From Nitrospirota bacterium (lineage in GTDB: Bacteria > Nitrospirota > Thermodesulfovibrionia > Thermodesulfovibrionales > UBA9159), in NCBI GenBank assembly GCA_963699545.1, contig CAVOUE010000003.1:320001-384000 (forward strand): a stretch of 64,000 nt of DNA. The letters are read 5' to 3'. Below are positions 52,710 through 64,000 of the stretch, one piece after another. Under the pieces are notes generated by a model, which worked only from the letters and a program-made list of their open reading frames with translations, ran no database searches and was not told where the DNA came from. The first letter of the stretch is position 1. Each line of letters opens with the position of its first letter. The position numbers and the translations under genes are program-made.

Positions 52710-53846
52710 TTATCCCCGGACAAGTTCGATGACCGTCACCTCAGGTGGGGATAAAAAGCGGATAGGTGGTCCCCATGTCCCCGATCCCCTGCTCACATAT
52801 AAAAGGGAACCCCCGCTGAGCTTTGCGAGTCCGGCTTCGTTTGGATAGTAAAGCCTGGTGGCGAGGCTGAAGGGGAATATCTGGCCCTTGTGAACATGTC
52901 CCGAAAGCTGAAGATCAAAAAGACGGGCGGCATCCCTTTCCACAAGGGGTCTGTGCTTGAGGAGGAGGGTAAACTTTTGCCGGGGAAGCGATGAAAGCAG
53001 ATCCCTCTCAGAAATCCCTGTTCCGGGGTCAAAGAGTTTCCCGGCAGGGTCGTCCACCCCTGCAATGTTGATCGCATCGGCTACAGTAACCCCTCTCCCC
53101 CTGAGAAGCGTGAAGCCTGCCAGTTCGGTGAAACAGCGGGAGTTTTCGAGCCCCGCATAGAATTCGTGGTTTCCTGTGACCGCGAATTTTCCGTATTTTG
53201 GCTCGATCTCTTTTAAGAGGTCTGAAAGGCCGTTCAGCTTACAGACCTGTCCGTCCACGAGGTCCCCTGTTGATACAAGGATATCCGGCTTCTCGGCCTT
53301 CACGATCTCAAGGATCCTCTGTAGTCTCTGTTCTCTCACAATGAGCCCGAGATGGACATCAGAGATCTGGACGATCTTCAGCCTGCCGACGTCCGCCGGA
53401 ATTTTTTGGGTCTTGACAACTATCCTTTCCATGCGGATATCCCTTGCCTCAAAATACCCATAGACTGCTATGGATAAGGAGATCAGAAGGCCGACGGAAA
53501 AAGAATGGCGTGCCGAAAGGGTGAAGGAAGAAGGTTCCTGTTGTAGAATGAGTCCTGACACCCACACCAGAAGCGTGAACACATCCATGACAAGGGAGAC
53601 GGAGAAGAACAAGAAAAGGACAGCTCCCCAGACAAATCCGATATGCGCCATAACCCGTGCAAAGAGCTCAAAACCGAATCGCTCGGAATAGCGCACAATG
53701 ACCGGGGCAAGGACCATGAGCAGCATGAAAAGTGCGAGGAGGATACCGGCGGCGGATCCGAACGCGAGGGCCGCCTTTGCCTTCAGGAAGGCATAGAGGT
53801 GTATGCCTCCGTAAACCAGGAAAAAGGTTACCAGGAAGAGTCTCAT
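52710..53846 (-). CDS. Membrane-anchored metallophosphoesterase (YkuE-like)
   Basis: SDVHLG, TGDLVD, TGNHE, LLKH.P, SGHVH.GQ, SRG.G.WGPP.R. Confidence 0.92.
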   Translation of the reverse strand: MRLFLVTFFLVYGGIHLYAFLKAKAALAFGSAAGILLALFMLLMVLAPVIVRYSERFGFELFARVMAHIGFVWGAVLFLFFSVSLVMDVFTLLVWVSGLILQQEPSSFTLSARHSFSVGLLISLSIAVYGYFEARDIRMERIVVKTQKIPADVGRLKIVQISDVHLGLIVREQRLQRILEIVKAEKPDILVSTGDLVDGQVCKLNGLSDLLKEIEPKYGKFAVTGNHEFYAGLENSRCFTELAGFTLLRGRGVTVADAINIAGVDDPAGKLFDPGTGISERDLLSSLPRQKFTLLLKHRPLVERDAARLFDLQLSGHVHKGQIFPFSLATRLYYPNEAGLAKLSGGSLLYVSRGSGTWGPPIRFLSPPEVTVIELVRG

Positions 53847-53967
53847 TCTGTTCCCTCAGGAAACGTCCTTCTCTCTTTAGGCATACGCCTTCTTATAGGA
53901 AATAACTGACTATCCAGATTATAGCAGAACCCGTTTGTTCTCTCTGAGCATGAGGGGAGAGGTGAAG

Positions 53968-54429
53968 CTATTTCCTGAATATCCTGTGGCACCTGACACA
54001 CGCGTCGAGGAGCCTGTGTGTCTGCCTCTGGATAACCCTCGCGTTGTTTTCCCTGGCCGCCTTGAGAAGGAGGTCGAGTTCGCGGTGGAATTTATTGTCC
54101 AGCCTGACAAATTCCCTGAAGCGTTTCTGGTTCCTGGGGAGCACGATCTTTGCCCCACCCTTGACCGCCTGCTCGACCTGCACCCTCACTTTGTTTGTCT
54201 CCTGGAAGGCCGGAACGATCCTTCCCGGTTCGTTCAGCACGATGGCATCCACCGTAACCTTGAGAGCGCTGTCAAGGGCAATCATCTCTTTCTGGATCAG
54301 GTTACCCGATTCCGACTGTCCACTGCCCGGTGCGATCCCGAAGCAGAAGAGCGCTACCATGCAACAGAACGCAAATACCACTGCCAGCAGGCACATCCCG
54401 TGAAGGCGATTATCGGGAGCGCGCATCAA
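53968..54429 (-). CDS. Exported cytochrome c'-like four-helix monoheme protein
   Basis: Signal/TM segment and C-terminal CVRCH..FR. Confidence 0.75.
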   Translation of the reverse strand: MMRAPDNRLHGMCLLAVVFAFCCMVALFCFGIAPGSGQSESGNLIQKEMIALDSALKVTVDAIVLNEPGRIVPAFQETNKVRVQVEQAVKGGAKIVLPRNQKRFREFVRLDNKFHRELDLLLKAARENNARVIQRQTHRLLDACVRCHRIFRK

Positions 54430-54893
54430 AAGGTTCCCCCGTGTCCGGCCCAGACGCCGAAAAAGACCGCTGCAAGACTCACTCCAAGGATGACCCAGTG
54501 AAATCTTGCCAGCAGGGCAAACACTCTTGTGGCGTCATATTTGTTAGGATCACTAAAGATTATCTTGAATATCCTCTTTTCGAACGTGAGCACGAAGGTG
54601 TAAAAGACCCATGCAACGAGCATAATGGAAACGCCCACCGTCTTCCTTGTAAAGAGCATGGTATGCAGGCCTGTCATGTATAAAAGGAGGAACCCGGTGA
54701 TTCCCGCTATCCAGGCGTAGTACCGAGCCTGTTTTGCAAAGATGCTTTCCACCCGCTGGAACATGAGGACCTTCTCAAGAGAATCACCCATCTGCAAGAG
54801 CATCGGAAAGATTATTATGGTTACAAAACTTACCCCGCCGATCCAGAGCACGACAACGGTGACATGGACAGCGGTGAGGAGAGGTGCGAGCAT
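54426..54893 (-). CDS. Four-TM CopD-like membrane protein
   Basis: H.....LWIGG..F, TG..L, C-terminal GHGG; SD AAGGAGG. Confidence 0.65.
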   Translation of the reverse strand: MLAPLLTAVHVTVVVLWIGGVSFVTIIIFPMLLQMGDSLEKVLMFQRVESIFAKQARYYAWIAGITGFLLLYMTGLHTMLFTRKTVGVSIMLVAWVFYTFVLTFEKRIFKIIFSDPNKYDATRVFALLARFHWVILGVSLAAVFFGVWAGHGGTF

Positions 54894-54974
54894 TATTGCC
54901 TCCTTTGAGATGGCTGATGGCTCAATTATATCATTTTACCGTGAGGAGGGGCATTCCGTACCGTCCGACGGTTT

Positions 54975-55713
54975 TTACCATGTGAGAGATGAGCGGGCAA
55001 GGGTCACTACAAGGACTTCTTCCGCCCCTGCTTTCATAAGGGCTTTAGCGCATTCCCTCGCTGTGGCGCCGGTGGTCATAACATCATCCACCAGGATCAG
55101 ACGGTGCTTGTGGAGCCTCCCTTTGACTTCAAAGGAATTCCTGAGGTTCCTGGCCCGATCCTTTGCGTCGAGGCCTATCTGAGGCAAGGTCTCCCGTTTC
55201 TTAAAGAGAAGGTTCCTATGAACCGGTATCCTGAGATGGCGGGAAAGAGGCTTCGACAGCAGAAGCACCTGGTTGAACCCTCGCTCCCTCAGAGTCCTGG
55301 TGGACACCGGCACCGGAACAATACCGTCCATATCCGGGATGGGAAGTTCTGTTAAGAGCTTCCCCATGGGTAGTGCGAGTCTTCCTCAGCCCTGAGAATT
55401 TAAGCAGATGGATGGCCTCAGACAGGGCACCTGAATAGAGCCCGTAATTCAGGACTGTGGAGAAGGGGGACGCATGGCGAAGGCATTCTCCACATCGTCC
55501 GGAGTATTCCGACACGAGCGGTGAGGCGCATATCGTACATGAGGGACCTGTGTAACGCCGAATGGATCCCCAGCAGCTGGCGCAAAGGGGTGCATAGGAA
55601 ATGGTATCAGTAGGATTCTTGCAGAGAGGACACGACGAGGGATAGAGCAGAGAAAAGAGGGAAGACGCTAAACGTAAGCCGTTACGTCTAATATAGCGCC
55701 GCATTTCCCGCAC
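54975..55713 (-). CDS. comF: ComF-family protein (+1 frameshift near 55382; start uncertain)
   Basis: YP..C..C, double zinc ribbon, VPVP, RGFNQ, LVDDVMTTGAT. Confidence 0.88.
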
Positions 55714-56198
55714 TTCGGGCTGAACTGAAGTCTTTCCTTTGGGACCTTGTTTTTCACGTGGCAGCCTTGACAGGACACGATAACGGATTCGGCGGTGCGG
55801 TGAGAGGTCTCTTCAGATTTCATCTCGGTCGCTTCATGATGGCTGGCGGCTGAACGCTCATGGTGTCCGGTGTCCTCAGGTTCATCGCTGGCCTCGAAAT
55901 TCTTGAAAAATTCAAGGTAATTCGGATCCCGTTCGACCAACTCCACTCCCATGCCATTTTTTAACATGCTGAGGGCAGTCTTTATTGTTCTTCTGACAAC
56001 GCCTTTGAGGAGGCTAACCTTACCGTCAGGCAGGTAGACCTCTATTTCGATGACACTGCCCGGGGTCAGTCCATGCTGCGTCCTTATGAAAAGGCCGGCG
56101 GATGAAAAGTCACTCGAAATGCCCCTGTATTTCAGTCCGCCCGATGTGAATGTTACTTCAAGTCTCTTCGTGAATCTCTGACAGTATCTTCGACGCAT
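55668..56198 (-). CDS. PilZ-domain protein with C-terminal zinc ribbon
   Basis: RxxxR (RYCQR) and DxSxxG (DFSSAG); CQGC..KN.VP......PKCGKC. Confidence 0.8.
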   Translation of the reverse strand: MRRRYCQRFTKRLEVTFTSGGLKYRGISSDFSSAGLFIRTQHGLTPGSVIEIEVYLPDGKVSLLKGVVRRTIKTALSMLKNGMGVELVERDPNYLEFFKNFEASDEPEDTGHHERSAASHHEATEMKSEETSHRTAESVIVSCQGCHVKNKVPKERLQFSPKCGKCGAILDVTAYV

Positions 56199-57488
<1,290 letters not shown>

Positions 57489-57598
57489 TTAACCCCTCGA
57501 TGAGAAATAAGCATCTGTCTCACTGAAACCCTGGTCGCCCGAATCGCCTCCGGACAACGCATTCCTGCTGTCGCATTCCCGTGAAAGGACAATCTGAT

Positions 57599-59179
57599 TC
57601 AGAGGGATACTACCTTTACGGAAAGGATATTCGGCATCTTCTTTATATCTTCCAGTTGAGCCGCTGTCACCGGTGTATCGATGCTCACCACCGATATCGC
57701 CATTCCCCCCGCCGCCTCTCTTCCAAAATGCATCCTCGCAATATTAATGCTGCATTTGCCAAGATAGGAACCGATATTGCCGATGACGCCGGGCTTGTCA
57801 TTATTATACATAAAGAGCATATTTCCCTCTGGCGCGATCTCCACGGGGAAATTATTTATCTTCACGATCCTTGGGTCCATCCTCCCCAGCAGAGTCCCCG
57901 CAAGATAGTTTTCCTTTCCGTTTATCCTCACCCTGAGGATGATCATGCTCTGAAAATCGCCTCCGTCGGCATTTTTCATCTCCTTGACCGCAATGCCCCG
58001 CTCTTTCGCGATAACGGACGCATTGACGAAATTCACGGTTTCTTCAAGGATCGGCGTCAGGAAGCCCTTCAGCAACGCAATGTTCAACGGCGCTGTGTTC
58101 AGCGACGACGCTTCCCCCCTGTACTCTATGGTCATCTCAGTGACAGCACCCTCAAAGACCTGAGCCGCAAAACTCCCCAGCTTCTCCGCAAGGGTCAAAT
58201 AGGGATGAAGCCTCAAGACCTGGTCGGCAGGCACTGAGGGGAAGTTCACCGCATTACGGATAACCCCGCTGATGAGATAGTCCACAACCTGCTCTGCGAC
58301 AGCAACGGCTACGTTTTCCTGGGCTTCTTCAGTGGCAGCACCGAGATGGGGTGTGCATATGAGATTGTCAAGGGTCAGGAGCGGGTTATCCCCCGGGGGT
58401 TCCTTCTCAAAGACATCCAGGGCAGCCCCTGCAACCTTGCCGCTCTTGAGGGCCTCGTAAAGGTCAGTCTCATTGACAATACCGCCCCGTGCGCAATTGA
58501 TAATCCTCACGCCGTCTTTCATTCCAAGGATGGTCTTCTTGCTGATGAGATTCTTTGTCTCCGCAGTAATGGGCGTATGCACGGTGATGAAATCGGAACG
58601 ACCGAAGAGTGCGGGCAGTTCGACTTTCTCGACACCCATCTCTTTTGCATTTTCTTCGCTGAGGTAGGGATCATAACCGATCACGTTCATTTCCAGGGCG
58701 AGGGCCCTTCGTGCAACCTGTTTTCCGATTGCGCCCATCCCTATTATGCCGATAGTCTTGTTGTAGAGTTCGACACCCATGAAACGCTTTTTTTCCCATT
58801 TGCCGTTTTTCATGGATGCCGTTGCCTGGGGGACCATCCTTGCCAGGGCGAACATGAGGGCTATGGTATGTTCTGCCGTGGTAATGGTATTTCCACCCGG
58901 CGTGTTCATCACCACGATGCCCTTCTTGGTGGCAGCAACCTTGTCCACATTGTCCAGTCCGGATCCGGCCCTCCCTATGACCTTCAAGCTGGTGGCTGCT
59001 TCCACGACATCTGCGGTCACCTTGGTGGCGCTTCTGATGATGAGCCCGTGGTATTCACCGATGCAGGCCTTGAGTTCCTCGGGGTTCATCCCTGTCTTCA
59101 CCTCAACGTCGAGGCCTGACTTCTTCAGTATGTCGATCCCCTGGGGGGACAAGTTGTCGCTTATGAGAACCTTCATCAA
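57599..59179 (-). CDS. serA: D-3-phosphoglycerate dehydrogenase
   Basis: IRSATK, GRAG.G.DN, GMGAIG, NCARGG, PHLGA.T.EAQ; ASB and ACT domains. Confidence 0.96.
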   Translation of the reverse strand: MMKVLISDNLSPQGIDILKKSGLDVEVKTGMNPEELKACIGEYHGLIIRSATKVTADVVEAATSLKVIGRAGSGLDNVDKVAATKKGIVVMNTPGGNTITTAEHTIALMFALARMVPQATASMKNGKWEKKRFMGVELYNKTIGIIGMGAIGKQVARRALALEMNVIGYDPYLSEENAKEMGVEKVELPALFGRSDFITVHTPITAETKNLISKKTILGMKDGVRIINCARGGIVNETDLYEALKSGKVAGAALDVFEKEPPGDNPLLTLDNLICTPHLGAATEEAQENVAVAVAEQVVDYLISGVIRNAVNFPSVPADQVLRLHPYLTLAEKLGSFAAQVFEGAVTEMTIEYRGEASSLNTAPLNIALLKGFLTPILEETVNFVNASVIAKERGIAVKEMKNADGGDFQSMIILRVRINGKENYLAGTLLGRMDPRIVKINNFPVEIAPEGNMLFMYNNDKPGVIGNIGSYLGKCSINIARMHFGREAAGGMAISVVSIDTPVTAAQLEDIKKMPNILSVKVVSL

Positions 59180-59188
59180 TCCTCCCGG

Positions 59189-60331
59189 TTACTTCATCAA
59201 GAGTTCTTCAGCAACTGCCACCCCCGAACCGAGTGTTATGGGGTATCCCATGGATTTCAGAACCATCTCCACCCCGGCAATTGCTGTAATGATGTCGAAT
59301 GTATCTGCATACCCTAAGTGGGCTATCCTGAATATCTTGCCTTTTGCCTGCCCCTGGCCGCCTGCGGCAGTGATGCCGTACTTGACTCTCAGATTCTTGT
59401 AGATCTCCTGACCATCAAGGCCATCGGGCGCCTTTATTGCGGTGACCGAGTCGCTCGGCGACTCTTTTGAGAACAGCTCCAGATGAAGGGCCTTCACCGC
59501 CGCCCGCGTGGCATTGGCAAGCCTCCTGTGGCGTGCAAACGCATTTTCAAGTCCTTCTTTCTGAAGAAGTTTCAGACATTCATTCAATCCTATGATCAAG
59601 GTCACCGGAGAGGTGAAATTCGTCTGGTTCTTGGCCAGAGATTCTCTCTCCTTCTTGAAATTGAAATAGAAATGCGGACACTTCGCGCTTTCGGCAAACT
59701 TCCATGCCTTGTCGCTGATCCCCACAAAGGCGAGCCCCGGGGGAAGCATGAGTCCCTTCTGCGAGCCACCGATCAGGACGTCAATCCCCCAGTCATCCAT
59801 TTTGAGGTCATGGGCAACAAGGGCGGAGATCGCATCAACAACGAGAATGGTGCCGCTGTATTTCCTGACGACTGAGGCAATGGACTCTATGTCGTGGTAG
59901 ACACCCGTTGAGGTTTCGGAGGCCTGAACAAAGACACCCCTTATGGAAGGGTCTGCCCTTAGTGCCTTCTCGATCTCCTCAGGTCTTACCGTGTACCCCC
60001 AATCGATCTTCATCTCCGTCACATCGAGTCCGTAGGCCTTGCATATCTTGGTCCATCTTTCACCGAAGTTCCCGGCATTAATGACGAGGGCCTTGTCTCC
60101 AGGGCTGAAGAGGTTGTTCACCGAGCCCACCATGCCCCCTGTCCCGGAAGAACAAAGGATGAGCACATCCTTTGTTGTCTGGCAAAGCCACTGAAGACCT
60201 TTCTTTGCCGCATCGAGCACAGGGAGAAAATCGGGTGACCTGTGATGAATAATGGGCATTGCCATGGCAAGCAGGGCTTCAGATGGCACGGGTGTTGGTC
60301 CCGGAGCAAGCAGATACCGTTTTAGCATCAA
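59189..60331 (-). CDS. Class V PLP aminotransferase (probable phosphoserine aminotransferase)
   Basis: APGPTPVP, HHR, SGTG, ETSTG, VDAIS, GSQKG.M.PPGL; co-oriented directly upstream of serA. Confidence 0.88.
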   Translation of the reverse strand: MMLKRYLLAPGPTPVPSEALLAMAMPIIHHRSPDFLPVLDAAKKGLQWLCQTTKDVLILCSSGTGGMVGSVNNLFSPGDKALVINAGNFGERWTKICKAYGLDVTEMKIDWGYTVRPEEIEKALRADPSIRGVFVQASETSTGVYHDIESIASVVRKYSGTILVVDAISALVAHDLKMDDWGIDVLIGGSQKGLMLPPGLAFVGISDKAWKFAESAKCPHFYFNFKKERESLAKNQTNFTSPVTLIIGLNECLKLLQKEGLENAFARHRRLANATRAAVKALHLELFSKESPSDSVTAIKAPDGLDGQEIYKNLRVKYGITAAGGQGQAKGKIFRIAHLGYADTFDIITAIAGVEMVLKSMGYPITLGSGVAVAEELLMK

Positions 60332-60513
60332 TTCCTCCTTATAACTTTACAACGCAGGGGCAAAGCGGGACGATAACTGTCTGGTAGTATCCTTATCCCC
60401 CTACGCTTTACTTTCCTCAACCCCCTTTTGCGGTCGTTTAGCATATCTTATGGAGCGCTCTTTGGTCAAGATTGCTTTACAAGCTTATGAAAGGATTAGT
60501 ATAATTAATAAAT

Positions 60514-61980
60514 ATGAAGAAAAAGGTTTTTGCAGGAATCGCCATCCTCCTGGTAGGGTTTCTCCTGGGAGGAGTTTCTTATTACATCATGGGGAAAATG
60601 ATTTCTCCCCCCTCTTTCCGCACCCCCTTTGACCCGAGGGTGCCCGGCCAGATGATCGAGACGAGCAGGGCCTTTTCCGAGATTGTGCAGGCCGTCTCCC
60701 CTGCAGTCGTGAATATATCCACCACGAAAACGGTGCGCAGGGATGCCTTGCCTTTCTCGGAGGACCCCTTTTTCGATCTCTTCAAGCCATTTCATGATTT
60801 TGGTCTCCCGAAGAAATGGAAAGAGCAGAGCCTCGGTTCAGGGGTGATCGTAACCGCTGACGGCTACATCATTACGAACAACCATGTGGTGGAAAAGTCT
60901 GAGGATATAAGAGTAACCCTCTTTGACAAGAGGAGTTTTCGTGGCAAGGTAGTGGGAGCGGATCCCAAGACGGATATCGCTGTGGTGAAGATCTCTGCTG
61001 AGAAACTGCCCACAATTCCCTGGGGTGATTCGGATAAATTGCAGGTGGGCGAATTTGTCCTCGCCATAGGCAACCCTTTCGGCCTCAGCCACACCGTGAC
61101 CATGGGGATCATCAGCGCAGTGGGCAGGGCCAATGTGGGGATTGCGGATTACGAGGATTTTATCCAGACCGATGCAGCCATCAACCCCGGCAACTCCGGC
61201 GGTCCACTTGTGAATATAAAAGGTGAACTTATCGGCATCAATACCGCAATTTTTTCGAGGAGCGGAGGGTATCAGGGCATCGGCTTCGCAGTTCCGAGCA
61301 ATATGTCCCGGCTTGTGATGGATCAGCTCATGAAACAGGGAAAGATCGTCCGGGGCTGGCTCGGCGTGACCATCCAGGACATTACCCCTGAACTTTCCCA
61401 GAAGTTCGGCCTTAAGAATTCCAATGGAGCCCTCGTAGGTGATATTGCCAAGGGCAGCCCGGCTGAGAAGGCGGGCATTGTGCGGGGCGACGTGATCCTT
61501 GAGTTCAATGGGAAGGAGATTAAGAGCGTCGGGAGCCTGCGGAATATGGTTGCCCAGAGCAAGGTAGGTTCCCAGGCGAAAGTGAAGATCCTCCGGAACG
61601 GCAAGGAATATGAAATGTCCGTTGTGATCGCTGAACTTCCCAGGGAGGTTGCCGGAGCCCCTGCAGAACCGTCGCCGGAGGATTTCCAGAAGAATGCCTT
61701 TTCCGGTATTACGGTAATGGACCTCTCAAAAGAGATCGCGAGGCAGCTGGGCCTCGGCGCAAATGAAAAGGGAGTCGTTGTGGTGAAGATCGAACCGGGG
61801 TCCACGGCTGATGAGGCCGGTCTTAAGAAAGGAGACGTGATTCAGGAGATGGACAGGAAAAGAGTGGGAGGGGTCGGGGATTTTAACAGGATAACCTCAG
61901 CCATAGAGCCTGGTGACACAACCCTGCTTTTCGTGAACAGGGGAGGGAGAAGGTTTTATATAACGATAAGAGGGTCATGA
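60514..61980 (+). CDS. degP: DegP/DegQ serine endoprotease with two PDZ domains
   Basis: SLGSGVI, TNNHVV, TDIAV, QTDAAINPGNSGGPL. Confidence 0.93.
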   Translation: MKKKVFAGIAILLVGFLLGGVSYYIMGKMISPPSFRTPFDPRVPGQMIETSRAFSEIVQAVSPAVVNISTTKTVRRDALPFSEDPFFDLFKPFHDFGLPKKWKEQSLGSGVIVTADGYIITNNHVVEKSEDIRVTLFDKRSFRGKVVGADPKTDIAVVKISAEKLPTIPWGDSDKLQVGEFVLAIGNPFGLSHTVTMGIISAVGRANVGIADYEDFIQTDAAINPGNSGGPLVNIKGELIGINTAIFSRSGGYQGIGFAVPSNMSRLVMDQLMKQGKIVRGWLGVTIQDITPELSQKFGLKNSNGALVGDIAKGSPAEKAGIVRGDVILEFNGKEIKSVGSLRNMVAQSKVGSQAKVKILRNGKEYEMSVVIAELPREVAGAPAEPSPEDFQKNAFSGITVMDLSKEIARQLGLGANEKGVVVVKIEPGSTADEAGLKKGDVIQEMDRKRVGGVGDFNRITSAIEPGDTTLLFVNRGGRRFYITIRGS

Positions 61981-62028
61981 TGCAGGAACGTAGGACCCAT
62001 CACGTCTTGTAGGGAAGGAGGTGAGATA

Positions 62029-63033
62029 ATGTTGCTTGTCATAAGGATAGCAGTCTTATCAGTGTTCGTATTGTCGGGGTATTTTATTGGTCTGAAGTAT
62101 AATGCATTTATTGAGGGAACCGCCCTTGGTCTCCTGTGCGGAATACTTTCGTTCCTTCTTGAGAGGGCGTTCAGGAAGGTTTCCCTGGGGAGGGTCATCG
62201 GCGCACTGGCAGGACTTCTCACAGGTATCGTTTTCGCAAACCTCATTCTCCTGCCTCTCAGGAGGATCATTCCTGATATATCGCTGGCCTCATTCATTCT
62301 GAATGCACTGTTGGGATATGGAGGGCTCCTCATGGGTCTGAAAAGGGGGGAGAATCTCACGCTCCCCGGTATTTTCAGGATATTTAAGGGACAGGACTCT
62401 GATGAGCATCTCAAGATACTTGATACGAGCGTCATCATTGACGGCAGAATAGCTGATGTCTGTGATGCCGGATTCCTGGACGGGATATTTCTCGTCCCCC
62501 AGTTCATATTGCAGGAACTCCAGCACATCGCTGACTCGCCGGATGCCCTGAAAAGAGCGCGGGGGAGGCGGGGGCTCGATATTCTCCACAGGGTACAGAA
62601 GATGGCCCATATTACAGTGAGGATAACGGATGAGGACTTCCCGAAGATCAAGGAGGTGGATTCAAAGCTTGTCGCCCTTGCAAGGGTCCATGATGCAAAG
62701 GTGATCACCAATGATTTTAATCTCAACAAGGTAGCTGAACTTCAGGGTGTTACCGTGCTGAATATCAATGAGCTTGCCAATGCTCTGAAGCCCGTTGTCC
62801 TTCCCGGTGAGGCGTTGCGGGTTTTCGTGATCAAGGAGGGCAAGGAATATAACCAGGGCGTTGCATACCTTGATGACGGGACCATGGTGGTGGTCGAGAA
62901 CGGCAGGAGGCTTATCGGGAAGAACGCGGAGGTCGCGGTCACCAGTGTTCTCCAGACCACTGCGGGGAGGATGATATTCTCCAAGCCGAAGGAAGAATAC
63001 GAACGGGAAGAGTTCAAGGCAGTCAAGTCATAA
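62029..63033 (+). CDS. PIN/TRAM-domain membrane protein (YacL-like)
   Basis: [43 protein letters not shown]; upstream of ispDF. Confidence 0.93.
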   Translation: MLLVIRIAVLSVFVLSGYFIGLKYNAFIEGTALGLLCGILSFLLERAFRKVSLGRVIGALAGLLTGIVFANLILLPLRRIIPDISLASFILNALLGYGGLLMGLKRGENLTLPGIFRIFKGQDSDEHLKILDTSVIIDGRIADVCDAGFLDGIFLVPQFILQELQHIADSPDALKRARGRRGLDILHRVQKMAHITVRITDEDFPKIKEVDSKLVALARVHDAKVITNDFNLNKVAELQGVTVLNINELANALKPVVLPGEALRVFVIKEGKEYNQGVAYLDDGTMVVVENGRRLIGKNAEVAVTSVLQTTAGRMIFSKPKEEYEREEFKAVKS

Positions 63034-63042
63034 AGCGGACAT

Positions 63043-63750
63043 GTGCGCATGAAGGAAAACATTGTTGCCATAGTGCCGGCGGCTGGCCTGGGAACGAGGT
63101 TCAGCCCCGGTACCAATAAGCCCTTCCACATGCTCCTTGGCAAGCCTCTCATCGTCTGGTCCCTTGAGATCCTCGAGATGCTTCATGAGATAAAGGAAAT
63201 AATCCCCGTGCTGAAGGAGTCCGACCTGGAGACAGGTGTGGAGATCTTTGAGCGCCACAGCCTTTCAAAGGTAAAGAGGATCGCCCCAGGGGGAAAGGAG
63301 AGGCAGGATTCGGTATATAATGGCCTGAAGCTTGTTAAAGACAGGTCAAGCGTAGTGCTCATTCATGATGGCGCGAGGCCCCTTCTCGATGGCGCTATGG
63401 TGAAGACCGCTCTCAGCGCTCTCCCGGGTTTTGACGGCGTGATCGCAGGTGTTCCGGTAAAGGACACCATAAAGGAAGTGCAGGACAGCGTGGTGAAGAG
63501 AACGTTAAGACGTGAGACGCTGTGGGCTGTCCAGACGCCGCAGCTCTTCCTTTATGATTCCCTCATGAAGGCATACGATGCAGCGATGGAAGAGAATTTT
63601 TATTCGACTGACGATGCTGCGTTGCTGGAACGAAGCGGGGGCAGGGTCAGGGTGGTTATGGGGTCGTATTCCAACATAAAGGTCACCACGCCGGAGGATA
63701 TACCCTTTGCAGAACAATTGTTGCGGGAGAGGATGAAGCCCGGAGAATGA
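63043..63750 (+). CDS. ispD: MEP cytidylyltransferase
   Basis: PAAG.GTR, GG.ERQDSV, IHDGARP, QTPQ, TDD, NIKVT.PED. Confidence 0.95.
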   Translation: MRMKENIVAIVPAAGLGTRFSPGTNKPFHMLLGKPLIVWSLEILEMLHEIKEIIPVLKESDLETGVEIFERHSLSKVKRIAPGGKERQDSVYNGLKLVKDRSSVVLIHDGARPLLDGAMVKTALSALPGFDGVIAGVPVKDTIKEVQDSVVKRTLRRETLWAVQTPQLFLYDSLMKAYDAAMEENFYSTDDAALLERSGGRVRVVMGSYSNIKVTTPEDIPFAEQLLRERMKPGE

Positions 63751-64000
63751 GAATCGGTATCGGGTATGATTCCCACAGACTTGTTGCGGGGAGGAAGCTC
63801 ATTCTGGGAGGCGTCGAGATCCCCTTTTCTCGGGGGCTTCTGGGCCACTCCGACGGCGATGTGCTTTGCCATTCCATCATTGATGCCATCATAGGCGCTT
63901 TGGGAATGGGTGACATCGGGACGCATTTTCCGGATTCGGACCCGAGATGGAAGGATGCTTCAAGCGTAGAAATGCTGAAATACATCGTTGAACTCGTTCG
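63747..64000 (+). CDS. ispF: MECDP synthase (truncated by the window end)
   Basis: [27 protein letters not shown]...DA..GA...GDIG.HFPD. Confidence 0.95.
   Translation, partial: MRIGIGYDSHRLVAGRKLILGGVEIPFSRGLLGHSDGDVLCHSIIDAIIGALGMGDIGTHFPDSDPRWKDASSVEMLKYIVELV

Overview
Origin-of-replication region of a bacterial chromosome. Gene content and style suggest Nitrospirota, Thermodesulfovibrionia-like (inference). The backbone runs tRNA-Phe, lnt, prfB (programmed +1 frameshift), oriC, dnaA-dnaN-gyrB-(slp)-gyrA, hisB, a divergent RpoD-family sigma, ppnP, nadB, ntrYX, mreBCD-pbp2-rodA, bamD, a TPP-riboswitch thiSGEC operon, purA, serA, degP and ispDF. Six tRNAs are present, including tRNA-Sec. There are two accessory regions. 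(1) 32.7-35.8 kb: a HigBA-like TA pair, an AT-rich hypothetical plus class-III-cyclase-like gene pair, and a tRNA-Ala(GGC) + GIY-YIG nuclease cassette nested inside a split tRNA-Ala mimic whose arms are replaced by GTCG-N3-CGAC mini-hairpins. This is the best candidate for an undescribed system. (2) 39.7-46.6 kb, downstream of tRNA-Arg: co-oriented cargo blocks (HD-GYP + GGDEF, hypotheticals, PIN-like/2TM protein, RAMA-like protein) separated by a modular repeat family. Many genes carry +1 frameshifts. Nine of these fall in the same hexamer (GGAGAC/GTCTCC), which points to a systematic sequencing error, possibly at a modified-DNA motif. Many genes look leaderless. All family assignments come from motif recognition by eye; no database searches were run.
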